DNA from: Verrucomicrobiota bacterium | GTDB taxonomy: Bacteria > Verrucomicrobiota > Verrucomicrobiia > Limisphaerales > SIBE01 | Reading direction: 5' to 3' | DNA length: 64,000 nt | NCBI GenBank assembly: GCA_016871535.1 | Contig: VHCZ01000003.1 | Location: 18,372-82,371 of the forward strand | Shown: piece after piece, positions 8,531 to 16,498 of the stretch | Numbering within the stretch: position 1 is the first letter of the stretch | Layout of the letters: each line of letters opens with the position of its first letter | Position numbers and translations under genes: made by a program | Notes under the pieces: model-generated | The model's database searches: none | The model's input: the letters and a program-made list of their open reading frames with translations, nothing else | What the model was told of the DNA's origin: nothing

Positions 8531-9865
8531 TCAGAACCGCGGCATCACGCCGCCCATGCGCTTCATCATCTTTTGCAACTTGCCCATCTTCCGCATCATC
8601 TGCTGCATCTGATTGAAGCGATTCAGAAGGTTGTTCAGTTCGGCGACCGTGACGCCGCTGCCTTTGGCGATCCGTTGCCGGCGTCGGGCATTCAGGATTT
8701 GCGGATGCCGGCGTTCCTGCGGCGTCATCGCGCAGATCATGCCTTCCATCCGCCGGAATTCCTTTTCGCTCTTGCTCAAATCGGCGCCCTGAAGCATCTC
8801 CGAGCCGCCGGGCAGCATGCCGACAATGCTTTCGAGGGAACCGAGCTTTCGCATCTGGCGCAACTGATCCAGAAAATCCTCCAGCGTAAACTGGCCTTTC
8901 CGCATCTTTTCTTCCATGCGCTTGGCTTCGTCCAAATCCACAGCCTCGGCCGCGCGTTCCACCAGACTCACGACGTCGCCCATCCCCAAAATCCGCGACG
9001 CCATGCGTTCGGGATGGAACGGCTCGAAGTCCTCGGACTTTTCGCCGACGCCGACGAATTTGATCGGCTTGCCCGTGACCGCTTTCAGGCTCAACGCCGC
9101 ACCGCCGCGCGCGTCGCCATCCAGCCGGGTGAGCACAATGCCGGTGAGCTGCAGCGCGCGGTCAAAATGAGTCGCCACGTTGACGGCTTCCTGTCCGGTC
9201 GCGGCGTCGAGGACGAGCAGGATTTCCTGGGGCTTCACCAGATCGCGCAAGCGAACCAGCTCCCGAACGAGCGGCTCGTCAATCTGGAGGCGGCCCGCCG
9301 TGTCGAAGATGACCGCGTTGCGGTGGTTGGTGCGGGCAAAATCGAGCGCTTCGCGTCCGATCTTCAACACGTCCGTCTCGCCCTTGCGGACAAAGACCGG
9401 CAATTCGAGTTGCCGGCCGAGTGTTTCGAGCTGGTCCATGGCCGCCGGACGATACACGTCGCAGGCGACGAGGAGCGGGCTGCGGCCTTGTTTGTTGAGC
9501 CAGCGCGCCAATTTGCCGGCGGAGGTGGTTTTGCCGGAGCCGTGCAGACCCACAAGCATCACGCAGCCGGGATTCCCGCCCAGTTCGATTTCCGCGTTGG
9601 CTGAGCCAAGCAGGTTCACCAGTTCGTCGTGAATGATTTTGATGATTTGCTGGCCGGGCTGAATGCTCTGGATGACTTTCTGCCCGATGGCTTGTTCCTT
9701 GACCTTTTCGATGAAATCGCGGGCGACCTTGAAATTGACATCGGCATCGAGCAACGCCAGCCGGACGTCGCGAATCGAGTCGCTGATGTTCGACTCCGAA
9801 ATCTTTCCCAGTCCGCGCAGGTTCTTGAAGACATTTTGCAGCTTGCCGCTCAGCGTATCAAACAT
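8531..9865 (-). CDS. ffh: Signal recognition particle protein Ffh
   Basis: NG domain with GLHGSGKTTSAGKLA, DTAGRL and TRLDGDARGG. Met-rich M domain (MQQMMRKMGKLQKMMKRM). Confidence 0.96.
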   Translation of the reverse strand: MFDTLSGKLQNVFKNLRGLGKISESNISDSIRDVRLALLDADVNFKVARDFIEKVKEQAIGQKVIQSIQPGQQIIKIIHDELVNLLGSANAEIELGGNPGCVMLVGLHGSGKTTSAGKLARWLNKQGRSPLLVACDVYRPAAMDQLETLGRQLELPVFVRKGETDVLKIGREALDFARTNHRNAVIFDTAGRLQIDEPLVRELVRLRDLVKPQEILLVLDAATGQEAVNVATHFDRALQLTGIVLTRLDGDARGGAALSLKAVTGKPIKFVGVGEKSEDFEPFHPERMASRILGMGDVVSLVERAAEAVDLDEAKRMEEKMRKGQFTLEDFLDQLRQMRKLGSLESIVGMLPGGSEMLQGADLSKSEKEFRRMEGMICAMTPQERRHPQILNARRRQRIAKGSGVTVAELNNLLNRFNQMQQMMRKMGKLQKMMKRMGGVMPRF

Positions 9866-9955
9866 ATCGGGGACGTTAGGCCAGAGCGGTTGGCAAGTTC
9901 AAGGTTCAAAGTTCAAGGCGAAGGCGCGGCAAATATGCCCATGAAGCTGTCGATG

Positions 9956-10030
9956 GTAGGGCGGCGCTGCTGCGCCGCCGCATCGACTGAAGACTGGCTG
10001 CGCGGCAACGCAGCCCCACCAGGTTCATGG
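9956..10030. repeat. REP-like doublet with GT[AG]G heads
   Basis: gtag-ggcggcgc-tgct-gcgccgcc at 9956-9979. Reverse complement of 9996-10020 is gtgg-ggctgcg-ttgccg-cgcagcc. Followed by the aggttcatgg flank shared with family B. Confidence 0.7.
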
Positions 10031-10354
10031 GCAGAGTTCCTCTGAGCTGTCCCGTATCTTGACAGCGGTGTACGGAAATTCACGACGCGCCCAGAGTCGT
10101 TCTTGCACGCACAGGCGGTCGCGATTGCCTAACCCCCTTTGAAACAAGGGGTACTGCCGCTGAGGCCACAGATGATCGGAGTTGGCCCGCCAGTAGCTTC
10201 AAGGCGCCAGAATCTCCGGGCTGTGTCGTACGGAGACTGCCATGACACTGGCAAACCGCGGTCGTTACGCTAATGATGCTGCTCCTGGCCTCGCTGAAAG
10301 AATCCCACAGGCCGCCGTCGGAGTGAATGGTTTCGAAACAAAACGTTTCAGCGG

Positions 10355-10762
10355 TTAGCTCTTGGAATCCTTCTTCTCGTCACCGGACTCCAATTTCTCG
10401 CCGGCTTGTTTCCAACCAGAAATACCTGCAGAGAGATGTTTCACATTGGAATAGCCGAGTTCTTTGGCCGCACGGGCCGCGCTTTGGTAAGCCATTCAGG
10501 TAGGCCCCGTGCAATACGCCACGATCAGGGCGCTCTTGTCTTTGGGCAGAACCTTCGCGAGGTCGTTTCTGTGCGTGGCGAAGTCAATCGCTGTAGGGAT
10601 GCGGCCATTCTTCCATGATTTCGTTCCCATGACGTCAATCACGGTGACTTTCTTGGCTTCGATGGCGGCTTTCAGTTCCTTGATGCTGACATCCGGGAAC
10701 TCGCCCGCCCAGAGGGTGGCGGCGAACGCCAGAGCTGTGACGAGAGTAAGGACTTTTTTCAT
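10355..10762 (-). CDS. Periplasmic single-domain rhodanese with in-frame TGA (candidate selenocysteine; otherwise a nonsense pseudogene)
   Basis: Signal peptide MKKVLTLVTALAFAATLWA. The ORF-track ORF stops at TGA 10496-10498 after ...LIVAYCTGPT. The same frame continues MAYQSAARAAKELGYSNVKHLSAGISGWKQAGEKLESGDEKKDSKS to TAA at 10355-10357, which completes the rhodanese fold. Confidence 0.65.
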
Positions 10763-10896
10763 TGTTGCTTAACGTTTCTGGTTTTGTTGATTCGAACTTG
10801 CCTCCTATAAGACCAAATCTCGGCCAATTGGTTACACAATGATTAAGTTCAGGGAGCCCCTCAGTTAGCGACGGTGGAGGGGATACAAGTTCACGC

Positions 10897-11610
10897 TCAA
10901 CGAGGCCGGATCAGGATTTCCTCCACGATCGCGTGAGGCGGCAGGTTGATGGCCAGCAAGACGCACTCGGCCACGTCCTCCGGCCGGAGCATTTTCGTGC
11001 GCGCCTCCGCCGTGGGAGGAGTCGGGCGCCGTTCCAGCAACGGCGTGTCGATGTCTCCCGGCAAAACGGAACACGCGCGGACCCGGCGGCCGCGTTCTTC
11101 CGCGTTGATGGATTGAGTCAGCCCGCGCAGCCCAAACTTGGACATCACATAGGCCGGACCGGACTTGGCGCTGGCCTGGATGCCCGCGTCGGAGCCGATA
11201 TTCACGATGGTGCCGGACTTATTTTCCCGCATCGACGGGAGGAAGGCCTGGATACAGTAGTAGGCGCCGTTCAGATTCGTATCGAGCATGAGGTTGTAGT
11301 CCTCAATCGAGAGAACCTCCAGGCTTCGGTTCGGGACGTTCGTCCCGGCGGCGTTCACGAGTGCCTCGACCCGACTGAACTTCTCGAAGATGCGTTTGGC
11401 CGTTTTCTCCACGGCTTTGCGCTGGCCGATGTCGCACGGACATATTAGCCAGTCCTCGGAATAAAACTGGCGTGCGAGCTGGGCGGTTTCTTGAAGCGCG
11501 GCTTCGCGGCGACCCAGGACCGCGATCTTCCAATTCTGTTTGGCCAGCGCGATGGCCACGGCGCGGCCCACGCCGCTCCCGGCACCGGTGACAACAGCAA
11601 CTTTGTTCAT
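10897..11610 (-). CDS. Short-chain dehydrogenase/reductase (SDR) family oxidoreductase
   Basis: Start MNKVAVVTGAGSGVGRA at ATG 11610 (alternative ATG at 11634). Catalytic YVMSKFGLRG (YxxxK). The ORF-track start at 11841 runs into the upstream gene. Confidence 0.88.
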   Translation of the reverse strand: MNKVAVVTGAGSGVGRAVAIALAKQNWKIAVLGRREAALQETAQLARQFYSEDWLICPCDIGQRKAVEKTAKRIFEKFSRVEALVNAAGTNVPNRSLEVLSIEDYNLMLDTNLNGAYYCIQAFLPSMRENKSGTIVNIGSDAGIQASAKSGPAYVMSKFGLRGLTQSINAEERGRRVRACSVLPGDIDTPLLERRPTPPTAEARTKMLRPEDVAECVLLAINLPPHAIVEEILIRPR

Positions 11611-11624
11611 GCTCGACTTGACAT

Positions 11625-12722
11625 TCACTTCCATGGTTCCGCGTAACGCACTTCGATCCAGCGCCGTTCCTTGGCCGATTGCATGGCGGTGTCCATCACC
11701 TCCTGGACGCGGGCGCCGTCGAGGAACGACGGCACGCACGGCCGCTGGTTGACGATGGCATCGACGAATTCGAAATTCTGGTCGTAGCGGAAATTGAACA
11801 ACGGGTCGCCCTGGCTCGGATCGCGCGGCGAGCCTGGCCACTTGAGGAATTCCTTTGGCACCGGCACGGATTCCAAGGTGCTGGAGCCGCGCTTCCCCAC
11901 GTGCAATTCGGGCTTGGCGCTCATGAAATAGACCACCGTGCCTTCACTGCCGTTGACTTCACAATAGTCCTGGCTGCGCGCGCTCTCACCGCGTCCCGTC
12001 GCGACCTTGGTGCTCTCGAACACGCCGGTCGCCATGCTCGTGAATCGCGCGAGAAGCGCCACCCAATCCTCCAAATCGGAGGCCTGGCTTTCCCGCACGT
12101 CGTGGAACCGGTGCAGATCCGCAACCAGCGATTTCATCTGCCCCATCAACACGTGGGCGTAGTCCAGACGATGCGAAAGCATGTCGCCGAGTTCGCCCGA
12201 CCCGGCCAGCCGCGCCACTTGCCGCCAGCCGAGGTGGCGTTGCCCCCAGTCCTGGAAGCGTTGCACGCGGAGATGATACGGCTGGCCAATCGCGCCCGAC
12301 TTCACCAAATGCGCCAGGTAACGAAACGCCGGCACGAACCGGTAAGTGAAGGCCGTCATGTGCCGGACCCTGGCGGTTTCCGCGGCGCGGACCATTTCCA
12401 ACGCTTCCGCCGAATTCATGGCGATCGGCTTTTCGCACAGAACATGTTTGCCCGCTTTGATGGCGGCCAGCGCGATGGGCGCGTGAACGACATTCGGCGT
12501 GGCGATGATGACCGCGGTGATGTCGTCGCGTTTGAGCAATTCGTGGTAATCCGTGGAACACGCCGTGACGCCGCATTGCTGGCTGGCGCGCTGAAGCGTG
12601 CCGGGGTCGCTGTCGCATAGCGCTACGACGCGCGTTTGCGGGCACAGCGCGAGGCCGGGCAAGTGATTTTGCAGGGTGATCCCGCCGCAACCGATAATAG
12701 CAATCCCAATCTTTTCCATCAT
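11625..12722 (-). CDS. Gfo/Idh/MocA family oxidoreductase
   Basis: N-terminal Rossmann motif KIGIAIIGCGGITLQNHLPGL, and EKP motif (VLCEKPIA). Confidence 0.88.
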   Translation of the reverse strand: MMEKIGIAIIGCGGITLQNHLPGLALCPQTRVVALCDSDPGTLQRASQQCGVTACSTDYHELLKRDDITAVIIATPNVVHAPIALAAIKAGKHVLCEKPIAMNSAEALEMVRAAETARVRHMTAFTYRFVPAFRYLAHLVKSGAIGQPYHLRVQRFQDWGQRHLGWRQVARLAGSGELGDMLSHRLDYAHVLMGQMKSLVADLHRFHDVRESQASDLEDWVALLARFTSMATGVFESTKVATGRGESARSQDYCEVNGSEGTVVYFMSAKPELHVGKRGSSTLESVPVPKEFLKWPGSPRDPSQGDPLFNFRYDQNFEFVDAIVNQRPCVPSFLDGARVQEVMDTAMQSAKERRWIEVRYAEPWK

Positions 12723-13141
12723 TCAATCCAGGTTTTCAGTCTTTGCCTGGGCGAGCCTGTTCTGCCGGCAGCCCATTTCGTCAGTCAACTCTTTGACAAT
12801 TCAAGTTGCAACGGACTGCGGCAGCAATGCGCCGCGCCAAGCCGGGCGAGTATGTCTGGACGCCGGGTAAAGACAAGGCCGGGGAGGAGGTAACGCCCTT
12901 GGCGGATCCCTGCGACACCGCTTCAGGGAGCCTGGCCAGCGCGGCCAAAGCGGCGTGGCGCTTCGCTTCCCGCCGCAGTCCAAAAAGAATTTGCGCGTCT
13001 CGCGAGGATTTCCAGAGATACTGATAGATTGAAAATCTGCGCTGCGCGACGAAGAATTCCGTCCTGCGTGAACCGCGCCGGAACGAACCGTATTCAGAGA
13101 ACCATTGCAGAAAAGCCCGGCTGCGCCATTATCGGCAGGGC

Positions 13142-13558
13142 ATGAACATCCAAATGGCGGTCCTATGCGACGCGGCGGCGGATTACGGCGGCAAACTCAA
13201 CGTTCTCGGCACGTTCGACACTATCGTTACCAACCATTTGCCCGCGGTTCACCCGCAGTGTTCCATCGCGCTCCGGATCACGTTCAACAAAATCGAGGAG
13301 GGCGCCCACAAGGTCAAAGTGAACTTCGTCGATGAAGACGGGAAGTTCGTCATGCCGAGCATCGAGATGCCCGTCGAAATCACCATGCCTGCGGAGGTCA
13401 ATTTCCTGGTCCGCAACTTTGTGATCAACATCCAGCAGCTCAAGTTCGACAACCCCGGCCAATATTCAATCGACATTGCGATCGATGGCCGGCAAGAGAC
13501 GAGCATTCCACTCTCGGTCCGGCATCAGGAGCAATCCAAAAGCGAGTCCGGGAATTAG
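13142..13558 (+). CDS. Conserved-looking hypothetical protein (138 aa)
   Basis: Clean ORF with coding-like codon use and beta-rich sequence (KVKVNFVDEDGKFVMPSIEMPVEITMP...QYSIDIAIDG). I do not recognise a family. Confidence 0.6.
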   Translation: MNIQMAVLCDAAADYGGKLNVLGTFDTIVTNHLPAVHPQCSIALRITFNKIEEGAHKVKVNFVDEDGKFVMPSIEMPVEITMPAEVNFLVRNFVINIQQLKFDNPGQYSIDIAIDGRQETSIPLSVRHQEQSKSESGN

Positions 13559-13570
13559 CTTCAACTGGTT

Positions 13571-13720
13571 GGGGAGCGCACGCGCCCTCGCGTGCCGTGG
13601 GCGGCGCCCTCGCCGACCACCGTCTTCCGTCCGAAAAAACGATCGCTTGATGAGATGGCTTCTCCGACGTCCGACCGGCGAGGGCGCCGGTCGGCACACG
13701 CGGGGGCGCGTGTGCTCCCC
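13571..13720. repeat. Family A palindromic element, copy A1 (about 150 bp)
   Basis: Left arm ggggagcgcacgcgccctcgcgtgcc..ggcggcgccctcgccgacc. Right arm ccgaccggcgagggcgccggtcggcacacgcgggggcgcgtgtgctcccc. Lies between convergent genes. Confidence 0.9.
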
Positions 13721-13732
13721 AGATCCTCCCGA

Positions 13733-14698
13733 TCAATCAAAGGCGTGGCCGGCGCAGCAGAGGACGTTTTTGACTTTGTGCCGGACGAGTTCTTTGACCT
13801 TGTTGCGGGCCGGGTTCAGATATTTGCGCGGATCGAATTCCTTCGGGGATTCGGCGAAGAATTTTCTGAGCGCGGCTGTGAACGCCAGGCGCAAATCGGT
13901 ATCGATGTTCACTTTCGTGCAGCCGACGCGACGGGCGACTTCGATGTCCGCTTCCGGCACGCCCGCAGTATCCTCGCCAAGCTTGCCGCCATAGCGATTG
14001 ATTTCGACCGCCAGCTCTTTCGGGACGCTGGAGGCTCCGTGCAACACAAGCGGGTAATCGCCCAGGCCGGCGTCCATCAACGCCTTTTTGATCGCCTTGA
14101 GCCGTTCCAGGTCGAGGCGTTGCTGGCCTTTGAATTTGTACGCGCCGTGCGAATTGCCGATGGCCACGGCCAGCGAGTTCACGCCGGTCTGCTTGACGAA
14201 TTCCACCGCTTCATCCGGGTGGGTATAGACGCCCCCCTTGGAATACCCGCCGCCTTCCTCGCCGTCGTCGTGTTGGGCGCCCACGAGCATCCCCAGCTCG
14301 CCCTCGACGACGCAGTTGTGCTTGTGCGCGTAGTCCACGACCTTCTTGGACACCTCGGCATTTTTCTCAAACGGGAGGTGGCTGCCGTCGATCATCACGC
14401 TGGTGAAGCCTTCATCGATGCATTCCTTGCACAGCTCGTAGGAGTCGCCGTGGTCAAGATGGACGGCGATGGGGATGGTCGAAAGACTGACGGCGGCTTC
14501 GATGAGTTTCTTGAGATAGACCGGATTGGCGTATTGGCGCGCGCCCTTGGAGATTTGGAGCATGACCGGCGCTTTTTCCTCTTCGCAAGCCTCGACGATG
14601 GCCTGCAACAATTCCATGTTGTTGACGTTGAAGGCGCCGAGGGCGTATTTGCCTTTCAGGGCTTTGGCAAATAAATCTTTGGTATGGGTGAGTGGCAT
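13733..14698 (-). CDS. fba: Class II fructose-1,6-bisphosphate aldolase
   Basis: 321 aa. LGAFNVNNMELLQAIVEA, HLDHGDS, EGELG and HGASSVP motifs. Confidence 0.93.
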   Translation of the reverse strand: MPLTHTKDLFAKALKGKYALGAFNVNNMELLQAIVEACEEEKAPVMLQISKGARQYANPVYLKKLIEAAVSLSTIPIAVHLDHGDSYELCKECIDEGFTSVMIDGSHLPFEKNAEVSKKVVDYAHKHNCVVEGELGMLVGAQHDDGEEGGGYSKGGVYTHPDEAVEFVKQTGVNSLAVAIGNSHGAYKFKGQQRLDLERLKAIKKALMDAGLGDYPLVLHGASSVPKELAVEINRYGGKLGEDTAGVPEADIEVARRVGCTKVNIDTDLRLAFTAALRKFFAESPKEFDPRKYLNPARNKVKELVRHKVKNVLCCAGHAFD

Positions 14699-14777
14699 AG
14701 TGTGATTCTTTCAAGTCTAAGTTGCGAAACGCTATCGGGGGAGCATCCTAGAAACCCGCCCCGAAAAAGAAACAAAA

Positions 14778-16268
14778 TTAAATCTCCTCCTCTGAGAGCT
14801 TGCGGTAAAGCGTGGCCAGACTGATGCCCAGGAGTTGCGCGGCTTTCTCTTTGTCGCCGCCGGTCTGGGCCAAGGCGCGATTGAGGTAGGAAACTTCCTG
14901 ATCTCGGAGGAAATCTTTGAGCGAACCGAGGGATTCCGGGGAAGGCGGGGGTTCCGATGGCTCCAAGGATGGATGGTCCTTCTTTGCTTCCGTGTAACTC
15001 AACGGGTAGAGGGATTCGGAGATGACCATCATTGATTGCGGCGGGCCGCCCGGACGCGTTTCCACCACGGTGTCCGCCGCGCTTTGACTCACCAGACGCT
15101 GCAAGGCCATCGGGAGATCACCGACCTGGATCACCTGGCTCTCGCAAAGCGCGCACGCCCGCTGGATCGCGTTTTCCAGCTCGCGGACATTGCCCGGCCA
15201 AGGATGAGCCGTGAGCGCTTCCATCGCCTGGCGCGTGATCTGATACGGCTTGCCCGTGCGGGGATGCGTCTTCTCCCGGAGGAAATGGGAAACGAGCAAA
15301 GAAATATCCTCCGGGCGCTCCCGCAAGGGGGGAAGTGGAATCGGGATGACGTTCAACCGATAATACAAATCTTCCCGGAACGTGCCGTCCGCGATGCGTT
15401 TTTCCAACGGTTCGTTGGTCGCCGCCAGCACGCGCACATTGACGTAAATGGGGACGTTGTCGCCGACGCGCCGGACTTCCCGTTCCTGCAACACGCGCAG
15501 CAGCCGGCTTTGCAGCATTTGAGACATGGACCCGACCTCGTCGAGGAAGATCGTTCCGCCGTCCGCTTCCTGGAACAGTCCCTTCTTGTCGTTGATCGCC
15601 CCGGTGAATGATCCTTTCCGATGCCCGAACAATTCGGATTCCAGGAGGTTTTCCGGCAAGGCGCTGCAATTCACCGGCACGAAAGGCGCGAATTGCCGGC
15701 GGCTGTTGTAATGCAGGGCGCGAGCGATGAGTTCTTTCCCCGTGCCGCTTTCGCCCAGGATCAGGATGGTGGCATCCGAATTCGACACGCGTTCCACCAT
15801 TCGGAAGACTTCCTGCATCTTCGCCGAATTGCCGATGATCTGGTTAAACTGATATTTCTTCTTGAGCTGCTTGCGGAGATACACGTTCTCCGAAACGGCA
15901 TCGCTATACGAAAGCGCCCGCTGGACGCAGAGATTCAATTCTTCCAGCTTGAATGGTTTCTCCAGATAATCGTAAGCGCCTTTCTTCATCGCCTCCACCG
16001 CGGTCTCAATCGAGCCAAAGGCGGTGATCACGATGACGACGGGCGGGGGATTCAACGCGCGGGCCTTTTGCAGAATCTCCAGGCCGTGCGCGCGGGTTTT
16101 GTCGAGGTAAAGGTCGGTGACGACCAGTTCCGGGCCGACGGTCTCCAGCGCTTCGACGGCGGCATTGAAATTGGTGAACGGAAAAACTTCATGGCCTTCG
16201 GAACGGAACAGTTCAGTGACCATCTGCACCATCGTCATCTCGTCATCTACGAGAAGAATTTTTCCCAT
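14778..16268 (-). CDS. Sigma-54-dependent response regulator (NtrC family)
   Basis: Receiver domain (ILLVDDE...VVTDLYL), AAA+ domain GESGTGKE and GSFTGA (GAFTGA-type), C-terminal Fis HTH AAQLLGISLATLYRKL. Confidence 0.93.
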   Translation of the reverse strand: MGKILLVDDEMTMVQMVTELFRSEGHEVFPFTNFNAAVEALETVGPELVVTDLYLDKTRAHGLEILQKARALNPPPVVIVITAFGSIETAVEAMKKGAYDYLEKPFKLEELNLCVQRALSYSDAVSENVYLRKQLKKKYQFNQIIGNSAKMQEVFRMVERVSNSDATILILGESGTGKELIARALHYNSRRQFAPFVPVNCSALPENLLESELFGHRKGSFTGAINDKKGLFQEADGGTIFLDEVGSMSQMLQSRLLRVLQEREVRRVGDNVPIYVNVRVLAATNEPLEKRIADGTFREDLYYRLNVIPIPLPPLRERPEDISLLVSHFLREKTHPRTGKPYQITRQAMEALTAHPWPGNVRELENAIQRACALCESQVIQVGDLPMALQRLVSQSAADTVVETRPGGPPQSMMVISESLYPLSYTEAKKDHPSLEPSEPPPSPESLGSLKDFLRDQEVSYLNRALAQTGGDKEKAAQLLGISLATLYRKLSEEEI

Positions 16269-16387
16269 TGAGAAAAGCTATAGTGAAGTCAAGGAACAGA
16301 GCAAGCTGGATTGTGCTGGCCGAAGCGCCTTGTATTTCCGTCACGACCGAGATAGTTCGAATTCTCATCGATCAAAAGGGCAATTCC

Positions 16388-16413
16388 AGGGACGCGGTGG
16401 ACCGCGTCCTTAC
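16388..16413. repeat. Family C hairpin (single)
   Basis: agggacgcggtggaccgcgtccttac. Confidence 0.8.
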
Positions 16414-16498
16414 CTTCGACTTGCTATTGTGGATCGTCGCCAAGACTCGCTACATCGACTCATCGGCGCCGCGTCTGCTCACGATCATTCCCGCGGGC

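Noticed and set aside
9866-10354. Looked for SRP RNA, tRNA or another RNA gene in the roughly 490-bp gap next to ffh, and for tRNA T-loop-like GGTTCGAATCC strings across the window.
   Set aside because: I found no GGAAGCAGC-type SRP RNA motif and no convincing tRNA cloverleaf signature by eye. This gap contains a REP doublet. A proper scan with covariance models and a tRNA finder is still advisable.
10496-10498. Stop-codon reassignment (TGA or TAG read as sense genome-wide) as an explanation for the in-frame TGA at 10496 and the in-frame TAGs at 46419 and 54396.
   Set aside because: Both TGA and TAG terminate many well-defined genes in this window at the expected protein ends: TGA for the Gfo/Idh/MocA oxidoreductase, the methyltransferase and the 64-aa ORF; TAG for secG, DUF1802, WD40 and LTD. 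Only the TGA case sits on a conserved Cys column. The TAG cases look like lesions.
14699-14777. Searched for sigma-54 promoters (TGGCAC-N5-TTGC) near the NtrC-like regulator and elsewhere (for example TGGCAC at 35826, 28055 and 44126).
   Set aside because: None of the TGGCAC occurrences has a TTGC(A/T) at the correct spacing. No promoter is called.
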